A stretch of 64,000 nt of DNA. It comes from an uncultured Thermoplasmata archaeon. Lineage in GTDB: Archaea > Thermoplasmatota > Thermoplasmata > UBA10834. The first letter of the stretch is position 1. Each line of letters starts with the position of its first letter. The notes under the pieces are model-generated. The model was not told where the DNA came from and did no database searches. It saw only the letters and a list, made by a program, of their open reading frames with translations. This document shows, piece after piece, positions 18,526 to 32,337 of this stretch. The stretch lies in NCBI GenBank assembly GCA_963719945.1, contig CAVRDX010000004.1, positions 224,001-288,000 of the forward strand. Direction: 5' to 3'. The position numbers were made by a program, and so were the translations under genes.

Positions 18526-19962
18526 ATGGCAAAGAAATCCAAACCGGCCAGTAGGAAGGCCGTGAAGAAGGCGCCCGCCAAGAAGAAGGCGGTCAAGTCC
18601 AAGGCGAAGGCAAAGCCCGCGAAACCGGTATCCGTTGAAGACATGCTGAAGAAGGCATACGAACCGGCCAGACTCGCGATGATCTACCACCCGTTCTACG
18701 AGGGTAAGATCGAGATCACGCCCAAGTGTTGCGTGAGAGACTTCAACGACTTCGCCATCTGGTACACGCCAGGTGTGGCAGAGCCATGCAAGGCGATCAA
18801 CAAGGACAAGGAACTGTCGTACGTCCACACGAACAGATGGAACACGGTCGCTGTCGTATCCGACGGCACGAGGGTTCTGGGTCTCGGCGACATCGGCCCC
18901 GAGGCTGGAATGCCAGTCATGGAGGGCAAGTCTCTCCTGTTCAAGTACCTCGGCGGCGTCGACGCATATCCGCTATGCCTCGGTACGAAGGATCCAGAGG
19001 AGATCATAAACACGGTCAAGCTGCTGCAGCCATCCCTCGGTGGAGTCAACCTCGAGGATATCTCACAGCCAAAGTGCTTCTACATACTCGAGCGCTTGAG
19101 GAAGGAGTGCGAAATCCCAGTCTGGCACGATGACCAGCAGGGTACCGGCACGATCGTCGCTGCCGGTGCAGTGAACGCCGCGAAGATGGTGGGCAAGAAG
19201 CCATCCCAGATGAAGGCGGTCTTCATCGGCGCGGGTGCTGCGAACATCGCCATATCCAGGATCATGCAGGTCTCCGGATTCAAGTGGGAGAACATGATCA
19301 TGTGTGATTCGAAGGGAACCCTCCACCTCGGCAGAGAGGAAGTCAAGGCCGAGTTCAAGGAGAAGTGGTTCATGTGCGAGAACTCCAACAAGGAAGGAGT
19401 CGTCGGTACGCCACAGGATGCGATGAAGGGTGCCGATATCGTCGTCGCAGCTTCGAAGCCAGGCCCCGGCACAGTCAAGCCGGAGTGGATCAAGGGCATG
19501 GCAGACGACTCGATCGTGTTCGCCACAGCCAACCCGATACCTGAGATATGGCCATGGGAGGCGAAGGAGGCCGGCGCGAAGATCGTCGCGACTGGCAGGT
19601 CAGACTTCCCGAACCAGGTCAACAACTCTCTAGGGTTCCCAGGCATATTCAGAGGAACTCTCGATGTCAGGGCCAAGACCATCTCCGACACGATGTGTCT
19701 GGCAGCCGTCCTTGAGATCGCGAAGACCGCGGAGGACAAAGGCCTCACCGAGGAATACATCGTCCCGACCATGGACGAATGGGAAGTGTTCCCGAGAGAG
19801 GCGGCGGCCGTCGGTAGGGCAGCCATCAAGGAAGGCATCGCGAGGGTCAAGCTCAGCAGACAGGAACTCTACGAAAAGGCGGAGAATATCATCAGACGCG
19901 CAAGGAACCAGACCAAGTACCTGATGAAGGGCGGATACATCCTCCCGCCACCTAAGGCGTAG
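18526..19962 (+). CDS. NAD(P)-dependent malic enzyme with Lys/Ala-rich N-tail
   Basis: YTPGVAEPC, DGTRVLGLGDIG, MEGK, NLEDI, HDDQQGT and TGRSDFPNQVNN. Confidence 0.95.
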   Translation: MAKKSKPASRKAVKKAPAKKKAVKSKAKAKPAKPVSVEDMLKKAYEPARLAMIYHPFYEGKIEITPKCCVRDFNDFAIWYTPGVAEPCKAINKDKELSYVHTNRWNTVAVVSDGTRVLGLGDIGPEAGMPVMEGKSLLFKYLGGVDAYPLCLGTKDPEEIINTVKLLQPSLGGVNLEDISQPKCFYILERLRKECEIPVWHDDQQGTGTIVAAGAVNAAKMVGKKPSQMKAVFIGAGAANIAISRIMQVSGFKWENMIMCDSKGTLHLGREEVKAEFKEKWFMCENSNKEGVVGTPQDAMKGADIVVAASKPGPGTVKPEWIKGMADDSIVFATANPIPEIWPWEAKEAGAKIVATGRSDFPNQVNNSLGFPGIFRGTLDVRAKTISDTMCLAAVLEIAKTAEDKGLTEEYIVPTMDEWEVFPREAAAVGRAAIKEGIARVKLSRQELYEKAENIIRRARNQTKYLMKGGYILPPPKA

Positions 19963-19982
19963 GATCCTGGCCAACGGGCCCT

Positions 19983-20018
19983 TAAACCCTTTCAGAAAAC
20001 CCTTATTCTTTCAATTTC
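19983..20018 (+). terminator. Pyrimidine-rich terminator-like tract
   Basis: TAAACCCTTTCAGAAAACCCTTATTCTTTCAATTTC just after the malic enzyme stop. Confidence 0.5.
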
Positions 20019-20079
20019 TGAACCGATAGATCTTCTGCAGAGCATCCGCTATCTTCTAAACTGCGCAAGAATCTGATCT

Positions 20080-20346
20080 TCAGAGCAGTCCCATCTGGAC
20101 GATCTCCACGCTCTGGACGCCGTCGACTTCGGATATAGCTGCTTCCACCTGGTCGGCGCCGCCCTTCTTGTCGTCCAGGACGATGAGCACGTGCAACGCC
20201 TTCAGGCCGAATGCGACAGGTTTCGCTTCAGAAGTCTTGAAGATAGCTCCTTCTGGAAGTACCTTCTGGATCTCCTTCACCAGATTGTCCAGGTCGACCT
20301 CGACACTCTCCGGAAGGATCCTGTACTGTAGACCTACTTCTCCCAT
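20080..20346 (-). CDS. ef1b: Translation elongation factor aEF-1 beta
   Basis: MGEV...ILPES...PVAFGLKAL...GVQSVE. Confidence 0.93.
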   Translation of the reverse strand: MGEVGLQYRILPESVEVDLDNLVKEIQKVLPEGAIFKTSEAKPVAFGLKALHVLIVLDDKKGGADQVEAAISEVDGVQSVEIVQMGLL

Positions 20347-20356
20347 GAAAGGCACC

Positions 20357-20527
20357 TCAAGGTCCGGTGAATCCACATTCGGGACACTTGTACTTGACAC
20401 TCTGGTCCCTGCAGTTCATGCATCTGCCGATGACAGCGTTCCCGCACTTCGGGCATGGGAAAGTGGTCTCGGTCTTCCTAACGAGGCGGATGCCGCAAGA
20501 GGAGCATTTCTTTTCCTGGTCGCTCAA
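20357..20527 (-). CDS. Zn-ribbon small protein (DUF1610 / HVO_2753-like)
   Basis: Four CxxC pairs ending YKCPECGFTGP; TTG start; usual neighbour of aEF-1 beta. Confidence 0.9.
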   Translation of the reverse strand: MSDQEKKCSSCGIRLVRKTETTFPCPKCGNAVIGRCMNCRDQSVKYKCPECGFTGP

Positions 20528-20635
20528 AATTTTCGACCTCGGCGCTGAGGTATAAGCTATCTGTATATAACCCTTAGTGAGCTGGACAATGGTGTTAAAT
20601 CTCTTGGATACCATTTATGCCAGGGGCCGACGACT

Positions 20636-21103
20636 ATGAAGGGATTGGTCGTTTACGATAGCTACTACGGGAATACGAAGGCGGTGGCCGAAGCGATTGC
20701 CGAGGAGATCCGTGCGATGGGGCACGAGGCGGTGATGCAATCCGCAAGGGATGGCTTTCCGAAGGAGATGGATTTTGGTTTCGTGTTCATCGGATCGCCA
20801 ACGCGCATGACCAAGATGACGGGCCGCACGAAGAAGTTCGTGACGAAGCTCGGAAAGAGCTCTTGGGGATCCAAACCCGTGTACACATATGATACTATAA
20901 TGGCCGGAGTGATGGATAACAAAGGCCGTTGGGGTGGAACGGCAGCTCAGAAGCTGCACGATCTAGCCAGGGATGTCGGCCTCAATCCAGAGTCACCAGT
21001 CCTGCACACAGATGTGACCGAAATGAGGGGGCCGTTGGCAAAGGACGCTCTAGACAAGGCGAGAGCATATGTACGCGATAGGTTGTCGAAGCTCGACAAA
21101 TGA
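20636..21103 (+). CDS. Flavodoxin-like protein
   Basis: VYDSYYGNTKAVAEAI FMN-binding loop and IGSPT. Confidence 0.85.
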   Translation: MKGLVVYDSYYGNTKAVAEAIAEEIRAMGHEAVMQSARDGFPKEMDFGFVFIGSPTRMTKMTGRTKKFVTKLGKSSWGSKPVYTYDTIMAGVMDNKGRWGGTAAQKLHDLARDVGLNPESPVLHTDVTEMRGPLAKDALDKARAYVRDRLSKLDK

Positions 21104-21295
21104 CGATGCACCCACAATCTGATCATCTGGCTATGTGTAGAGTCGATGTCAGTCTTGTCAGCATGTCAAGTCGTGACAATGGTGCAGTTAATAATGTTTG
21201 CCCAAGAACACGATTATTATATTCCTATTATTATAGGGCGATACATCAAATATATGCCGTTCGGTGGAGGAGTCGGCTCAAACCAGTTGATGGGT

Positions 21296-21310
21296 GAAAG
21301 TCATTAAATA
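21296..21310 (+). promoter_or_regulatory. BRE/TATA promoter for tRNA-Lys (and probably the rpo operon)
   Basis: GAAAG-TCATTAAATA about 55 nt upstream of the tRNA. Confidence 0.6.
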
Positions 21311-21363
21311 CTTGAACGAACTACACGGCCTGCTAACGCAGCCTAGGGTATCTACGCCGCCCA

Positions 21364-21507
21364 GGGCCCGTAGCTCAGCTAGGTAGGAATCTCATGCATT
21401 CTCGATGTTATGGTTTCCCTAGAAAGAGCATCTGCCTTTTAAGCAGGTGGCCCGGGGTTCGAATGACTAAGCCATACAGACTAGTCTCGGAAATCCCCGC
21501 GGGCCCG
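21364..21507 (+). tRNA. tRNA-Lys(UUU) with two introns (21385-21424 and 21464-21493)
   Basis: Acceptor GGGCCCG/CGGGCCC, D-stem GCTC/GAGC, anticodon arm TCTGC-CT-TTT-AA-GCAGG, T-arm CGGGG-TTCGAA^T-CCCCG. Both inserts are flanked by BHB-like motifs. CCA is not encoded. Confidence 0.92.
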
Positions 21508-21593
21508 CCGGGCGTCGAATGCGGACCGATGGAGAAACGGAACGAATCCCACGGTTTCCATGTGGAATACCCTTCGCCAGTATGGTGATTTGG

Positions 21594-21851
21594 ATGGCCG
21601 GAGAATTTAACGTCTTGGAGCATGAGCTCGTACCCGAGCATCATCTTCTGTCGGAGAAGGAGGCCGAGAAGGTCCTTAAGCAGCTGAAGCTTACGAAGGA
21701 CCAGCTTCCGAAGACAAGGATAACTGACCCATGCATCCGCACGCTCGATGCGATTGCTGGGCCAGTCGAAGAGGGAATGGTAGTCAAGATCGTTAGGCGC
21801 AGCTCAACGAGCGGCGTGTCGATCTGTTATAGACTTGTAGTGCGGGGGTGA
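21594..21851 (+). CDS. rpoH: RNA polymerase subunit H (Rpo5)
   Basis: [15 protein letters not shown]...QLPK...DP...YRLVV. Confidence 0.96.
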   Translation: MAGEFNVLEHELVPEHHLLSEKEAEKVLKQLKLTKDQLPKTRITDPCIRTLDAIAGPVEEGMVVKIVRRSSTSGVSICYRLVVRG

Positions 21852-21855
21852 ACCC

Positions 21856-24800
21856 TTGAGGGAACTTGTTGAAACCTATTTCAGGGAAAGAAGTATAGTC
21901 AACCATCACACAGCGTCGTACAATGATTTCCTGCCGACGATAGACCATCCGAACAGCAGGATGCAGACGATCGTGGATAACGTCCGCGCATCTCCCGACG
22001 AGGCCGACAGGGGGATAATCCGGCTCGACCCAGACCGAACCGAGGGCAAGATCATCGAGATCAGGATCGGTCGCAGAAGGGACGAGAAGACTGGACTCGT
22101 TGACCCGAGTGCCAGGCCGACGGTATCTGTCGGAAGGCCCGTGATCAAGGAGGCAAACGGTGCCACCCACGACCTCTATCCGATGGAGGCTAGGTTGAGG
22201 AACCTCAACTACTCCGCACCGATATATCTCGAATTCACAATCGTAGAGGACGGGATCGAACGTGAGCCAGAGAAGGTCCACATCGGCGACCTGCCCGTCA
22301 TGATACAGTCCAAGAAGTGCAACCTGCACAAGGACAACATCGACATGGATCGCGAGCCGACCGACGAGGACGTCCGCGCGTTCCACGTTAAGATGGGCGA
22401 AGACCTGTGCGACCCAGGCGGCTATTTCATCATAGGTGGGACTGAGAGGGCGCTGATATCCCTCGAGGACCTCGCGCCGAACAGGGTCATGGTCGAGATG
22501 AACGAGCGCTACGGCACCAGCCTGCACGTGGCGAAGGTCTTCTCGCAGAAGGAAGGTTACAGGGCGCTCACGCTGATGGAGAAGAAGAAGGACGGTATAC
22601 TGGTAGTATCAGTACCCGCTGCCTCTGGTCAGATCCCGCTCATAGTCCTCATGAAGTCTCTCGGGATGGAGAGCGATGAGGAGATCTACAAATCGATAGT
22701 GTCCGACCCACAGATGGCGAACATCGTGTACGCCAACATCGAGGAGTGTCAGAACAAGAAGCTGTATCCTCCGAACGGCATCTACACGACCGAGGACGCG
22801 ATACTGTTCCTCGAGAGGAAGTTCGCGACTGGCCAGGCGAAGGAATACAGGGCGAAGAAGGTCGAGAGCATAATCGACCGGTCCCTGCTGCCGCACCTTG
22901 GTGACACCGCAGATGCGAGGATGAAGAAGTCCATATTCCTCGGCCGTGTCGCAAGGACCATACTCGAACTCGAGCTCGGCAAGCGTAAGGAGGACGACAA
23001 GGACCACTACGCCAACAAGAGGCTGAAGCTCGCAGGCGATCTGATGGAGGACCTCTATAGGGTCGCTTTCACCAACCTCATCAAGGATCTGAAGTACCAG
23101 CTGGAGAGAGGGTACACGAGGAAGAAGGGCCTGAGGATCTCCTCGGCCATAAGACCGGATCTTCTCACCCACAGGCTGCTCCACGCATTCGCGACCGGTA
23201 ACTGGGTCGGCGGAAGGGCAGGTGTATCACAATTGCTGGACAGGACGTCCAACATGAGCGCGCTGTCCCACCTGAGGAGGGTGACATCGCCGCTCACCAG
23301 GAGCCAGCCTCACTTCGAGGCGAGAGACCTGCACCCCACTCAATGGGGCAGATTGTGTCCGAACGAGACTCCTGAGGGTCAGAATTGCGGTCTGGTCAAG
23401 AACTGCGCTCTCATCGTCGATGTGAGCGAGGGAACGGATGACAAGGAGGTCATCTGGCTCTTGCGCGACCTTGGCGTGAAGGAGGTCAGCGAGCAGCAGA
23501 CGACCGAGACCCGTGTCTACGTCAACGGTGACCTGATAGGTCTCCATGACAAGCCCAAGGAGCTGGTCGAGGAGATACGCCAGAGGCGCAGGTCTGGCCT
23601 GTTGTCGCACGAGGTCAACATACGTTTCGACAACAACATGAATGAGATCATTATCAACTGCGACGAGGGCAGGCTGAGGAGGCCTCTGCTCGTCGTCCGC
23701 CACGGCAAGACACTCCTGACGCGGAGGCACATCGAGGACATGCGTTCGCATAAGGCGAAGTGGTCCGACCTCATACGCGAGGGAGTCGTCGAGTGGATCG
23801 ATGCGGAAGAGGAAGAGGATTCGTATATCGCCGTGTTCGCACACGAGACGCCCCAGAAGTGTGAGCACTGCGGCAAGTTCCTGTCCGCACTCGATGTGGA
23901 GTGGCGCAACCCAGGAGAGGAGGGCAAGACCGTCCTGGAGTGCAAGACCTGCGGCGGCACGATGCAGATCGAATCGCAACTGAAGGACAACCACACTCAC
24001 CTGGAGATCGACCCGATGGTCATCCTGGGAGTATGTTCAGGTATGGTTCCATACCCAGAGCACAACTCCAGTCCGAGAGTCACCATGGGTGCGGGTATGG
24101 CCAAGCAGTCTCTGGGCCTGAGTTCGTCCAACTACCGCATAAGGCCGGACACCAGGAGCCACGTTATGCACTATCCGCAGCGGTCGTTGACTACCACGAA
24201 GACGATGGAGTTCGTCAATTTCATGCACAGACCCGCGGGACAGAACTTCGTTGTCGCGATAATGTCGTATCAGGGTTACAACATGGAAGATGCGATCGTC
24301 ATGAACAGATCCTCCGTCGAGAGGGGACTGGGACGCTCGACCTTCATGAGGACCTACAGGGCGGAGGAGCGCAGGTATCCAGGAGGTCAGGAGGACCACT
24401 TCGAGATACCGAGCCCAGATGTAAGGGGCGCCAGAGCCGATCTGTCCTACAGCAACCTAGGCGAGGACGGCCTCATAGGCCCGGAGACCAGGGTCGAGGG
24501 CGGGGACGTGCTCATAGGCAAGACATCGCCTCCGAGGTTCCTGGAGGAGGAAGCTGATTTCCTCACACCTCAGAAGAGGAGGGAGACATCCGTCACGGTA
24601 CGTCCAGGCGAGAGCGGCTGGGTCGACTCCGTCATGCTGACGGAGTCCGAGAACGGCTCGAGGCTCGTCAAGGTCAAGGTCAGAGATGAGAGGATCCCCG
24701 AGCTTGGGGACAAGTTCGCTTCCAGACACGGGCAGAAGGGTGTCGTCGGATTGCTGGTGCACCAGGAGGACATGCCGTTCACTGGTGATGGATTGATACC

Positions 24801-25442
24801 AGACTTGATCATCAACCCACACGCCATCCCATCCCGTATGACCGTCGCCCACGTGCTGGAGATGGTCGGCGGCAAGGTCGGCTCGATGGAAGGCCGGTTC
24901 ATGGATGGTACCGGGTTCAGCGGCGAGACGGAAGAGGCGATCAGGGACGCACTCGTAAGGAACGGATTCAAGCACAACGGCAACGAGGTCATGTATGACG
25001 GTGTGACTGGTCGTAAGATCGAGGCGGAGATATTCATCGGCGTGATCTACTACCAGAAGCTGCACCACATGGTGTCTGGGAAATTGCATGTCAGAAGCAG
25101 AGGGCCGGTCCAGATACTCACCAGACAGCCGACGGAGGGTCGCTCGAGACAGGGTGGTCTGAGGTTCGGTGAGATGGAGAGGGATTGTCTGATCGGTCAC
25201 GGGGCCGCGATGGTCATCAAGGACAGGCTCTTGGATGAATCGGACGGTACGCTGCAATACGTCTGTGGCAACTCGAGCTGCGGGCACATCGCAATCCTTG
25301 ATAGGAGAGGCACACTGAGGTGCCCGGTCTGTGGCAATAACTCGAAGATATACCAGGTCCAGACATCGTACGCATTCAAGCTGTTGCTCGATGAGCTGCT
25401 GTCGCTTGGTGTCGCCATGCGTCTTCAACTGGAGGACTTGAA

Positions 25443-25446
<4 letters not shown>
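21856..25446 (+). CDS. rpoB: RNA polymerase subunit B (Rpo2, unsplit)
   Basis: [43 protein letters not shown]. Confidence 0.98.
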
Positions 25447-29674
<4,228 letters not shown>

Positions 29675-29676
29675 AC

Positions 29677-29955
29677 ATGATAGATATCGCGAGAGCTCTG
29701 AAGACAGCGGCTGCATCGGGAGACGTCAGGTTCGGCCTCGCAGAGACAAAGAAATCACTGAAGAACGGCGAAGCTAAGATGGTCGTCGTGGCAAGCAACT
29801 GTCCCGAGAAGGACGCGTTGCAGACGACCTCGAGCGTCAAGGTGATCGCATTCCCTGGCTCGAACCTCGAACTTGGTTCGGCATGCGGGAAGCCCTATCC
29901 GATCTCCGCGCTCGCTGTAATCAGCCCTGGAGAATCGAACATACTATCCGCCTGA
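29677..29955 (+). CDS. rpl30e: 50S ribosomal protein L30e
   Basis: ELGSACGKPY...PGESNIL; follows rpoA2. Confidence 0.95.
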   Translation: MIDIARALKTAAASGDVRFGLAETKKSLKNGEAKMVVVASNCPEKDALQTTSSVKVIAFPGSNLELGSACGKPYPISALAVISPGESNILSA

Positions 29956-29967
29956 AGAGTTGGTCCA

Positions 29968-30393
29968 ATGGGAGACATCACCTTTACGGAGGACACCCTC
30001 CGGTACATTTCTCTTTTCGAGAAGATAACTGGCACCCAGGTCAAGGACTGTCTGGAGACTGAGGAGAAACTCGTCTTCGTGGTCGAGAAGGGTCAGGGGT
30101 CCAGGGCCGTTGGTAAGAAGGGCGAGAATGTCATCCGCCTGAAGAACCTCACGAGCAAGAACATACACGTGATCGAGTACTCGGAAGATCCCGAGACCTT
30201 CGTGAAGAACGTGTTCCACACTTACAGTGTGCAGTCCGTCGCGATCGAGGACCGCGGGAACATCGTGCACGCAACGGTCACGGTGGACCCCAAGGTCAAG
30301 GGGAAGGCGATAGGCAAGAACGGCCGCAACCTCAGGATCGCTCGGGAGATAGTCAGCAGGCATCACAACATACAGAGCATCAGCGTCGCTTGA
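29968..30393 (+). CDS. nusA: Archaeal NusA (two KH domains)
   Basis: AVGKKGENV and AIGKNGRNL GxxG loops; operon position. Confidence 0.95.
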   Translation: MGDITFTEDTLRYISLFEKITGTQVKDCLETEEKLVFVVEKGQGSRAVGKKGENVIRLKNLTSKNIHVIEYSEDPETFVKNVFHTYSVQSVAIEDRGNIVHATVTVDPKVKGKAIGKNGRNLRIAREIVSRHHNIQSISVA

Positions 30394-31441
30394 GCGGCGA
30401 GCGCTCGACCTCGAGCCTGTCCGCGGTCGGATATTCTTCGACGATGAATGATTCCAGCTCGAGCTCTCCCGCGATCTCTTCCAGCACCCACGGGGCGACC
30501 TCGAGCCTCTTCTTCTCGAGGTCGATGAACATGAGTCTTCTGGGCACCTCGAACCTCTGCCTCAGCATCTCCATGGTCCCGGCGATGTCTTTCGTCTCTA
30601 TGACGCCCTTGAGCAGGGTCGAATCGTGAGTTATTATCTCGTGAGGCTTCCGGACGTTCCGTGCCCTCCTCGCTATCCTGTTCCGGAGCTGGACGCCGTC
30701 CTTGAACGCGGACGAGCAGTAATGTATCGGAACCGATACGTCCAGTCTCAACAACTCGAGTGCGGACTCCTCGCTTCCGGCGACCCCGGAAGACACATCG
30801 TCCTTGACATCGAACCCGCGAGCTCTGAGCGCCTGCCAGTTGGTCTCGGAGAACTCCAGTTCGTTGAGGTTGACGAAATCGAGCCCGGAATCATCGGCAA
30901 ACATTATCGCAGCTTCCAACCCGTCCGCGCATGTCGGCAGTGACGGGATCTCGAGCCCGGTGACCATGCCTCTCTTCATGGCTAGTTTCGTCGCGGAGAC
31001 GAACATTGATCGGTCCAACTGCTTCCAGATCACCGGGGTGGGATGGAATCGTATCTCATCGAGTCCGGCCCTGGCAACCTTGTCGATCCTCTTCGTATCG
31101 GTCGTAGAGGTGTACAGATGTATCTGGTGGTCGTCTCCGAAATGCTTCTTCAGCATCCGGATGGCGTCCACGGTCCTGTCGATGGACAGTAAAGGGTCCC
31201 CTCCAGTGATTCCCGTTCCAAGAGCGTCGATGAGTTCTGCCTCTCCTATCATTTCATCGAGGGACCTGATCTTCCTCTCGTTCGCGAAGATGAAGTCCTT
31301 CCCCTTCTTCTTGATCGACAGAGGGCAGTAGTAACATCTCTTCATGCACCTGCCAGTTATCAGAAGCACGAGCTTGGCACCTTTCTGGCACATGATGCAG
31401 CCAGGCGCAAGCTTCCCAGTATATGCCGAACCTTTCTGCAT
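30380..31441 (-). CDS. Radical SAM protein (COG2108-like)
   Basis: GCIMCQKGAKLVL, CMKRCYYC, ITGGDP, LDEIRFH and NLNELEFSETN. Exact start uncertain. Confidence 0.85.
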   Translation of the reverse strand: MQKGSAYTGKLAPGCIMCQKGAKLVLLITGRCMKRCYYCPLSIKKKGKDFIFANERKIRSLDEMIGEAELIDALGTGITGGDPLLSIDRTVDAIRMLKKHFGDDHQIHLYTSTTDTKRIDKVARAGLDEIRFHPTPVIWKQLDRSMFVSATKLAMKRGMVTGLEIPSLPTCADGLEAAIMFADDSGLDFVNLNELEFSETNWQALRARGFDVKDDVSSGVAGSEESALELLRLDVSVPIHYCSSAFKDGVQLRNRIARRARNVRKPHEIITHDSTLLKGVIETKDIAGTMEMLRQRFEVPRRLMFIDLEKKRLEVAPWVLEEIAGELELESFIVEEYPTADRLEVERSPLKRR

Positions 31442-31554
31442 GCGTCGGATCCTTGTCACGTCCACTGATATCGGGGTTTTGGTAATTGAATGGATGCTGT
31501 AGCCATCCGGTCGTTTGCAAAGGATTAACGGCACGGTCGACGATTCGCAGACCC

Positions 31555-32196
31555 ATGGAGAAGAACACTAGGATAATTCTGGCGCTAGATGTCACTTCCA
31601 GAGACGATGCCATGCGCGTGGTCAGGGCAGTCAAGGACCATGTCGACGGGATCAAGATAAACTGGCCATTGATCCTTGCAGCAGGTCCGGATATAATACG
31701 TGAAATGTCAGCCGTCAAGGACGTCATATGCGACATGAAGATCGCGGACATACCGAACACCAACCGTCTGATCGTAGAGCAAGCCATGAGCCTGGGGGCG
31801 TCCGCCGTCATCGCCCATGGCTTCACTGGTGACGACTCCGTGAGGGCATGCGTGGAGGCCGCGAATGGTCAGGTGTTCGTCGTGACTGAGATGAGCCATC
31901 CTGGTGGGAAGCAGTTCACAGCGCCTTTGGCAGACAAGCTGGCATCTCTTGCCAAGACTGCAGGTGCAAGGGGCATCGTCGCACCAGCTACGAGGCCGGA
32001 GCGGATCGCGGCCCTCAGAAAGGTCATTGGTGATTTGGAGATAATCAGCCCTGGTGTGGGTGCTCAGGGCGGGAAGGCATCGGACGCTCTAAAAGCAGGT
32101 GCTGACTACATCATCGTCGGAAGGGCGATATACGAAGCCTCGGACCCGGGGAAGGCTGCATCGGATTTGGCCGCAGAGACCAAGTCCTGTATATGA
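31555..32196 (+). CDS. pyrF: Orotidine-5'-phosphate decarboxylase
   Basis: LALD, DMKIADIPNT, SPGVGAQGG, IVGRAIY. Confidence 0.97.
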   Translation: MEKNTRIILALDVTSRDDAMRVVRAVKDHVDGIKINWPLILAAGPDIIREMSAVKDVICDMKIADIPNTNRLIVEQAMSLGASAVIAHGFTGDDSVRACVEAANGQVFVVTEMSHPGGKQFTAPLADKLASLAKTAGARGIVAPATRPERIAALRKVIGDLEIISPGVGAQGGKASDALKAGADYIIVGRAIYEASDPGKAASDLAAETKSCI

Positions 32197-32337
32197 TGCG
32201 CGTACATCAGAGGTGCACGTTCCGAATCCATGACCTTGGCAATGCCAGATATTCGACTTCCGGGTCACCACGTCCGTAGGACGTGACCCCTAACGCTTAT
32301 ATAGTGCCCCAAGCATCGCTGGTGCTACTATCACTAG

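Noticed and set aside
21185-21240. Xer/dif site or replication origin in the AT-rich patch
   Set aside because: Does not fit the TAA-N6-TTA dif layout; no ORB-like G-string repeats or cdc6 nearby.
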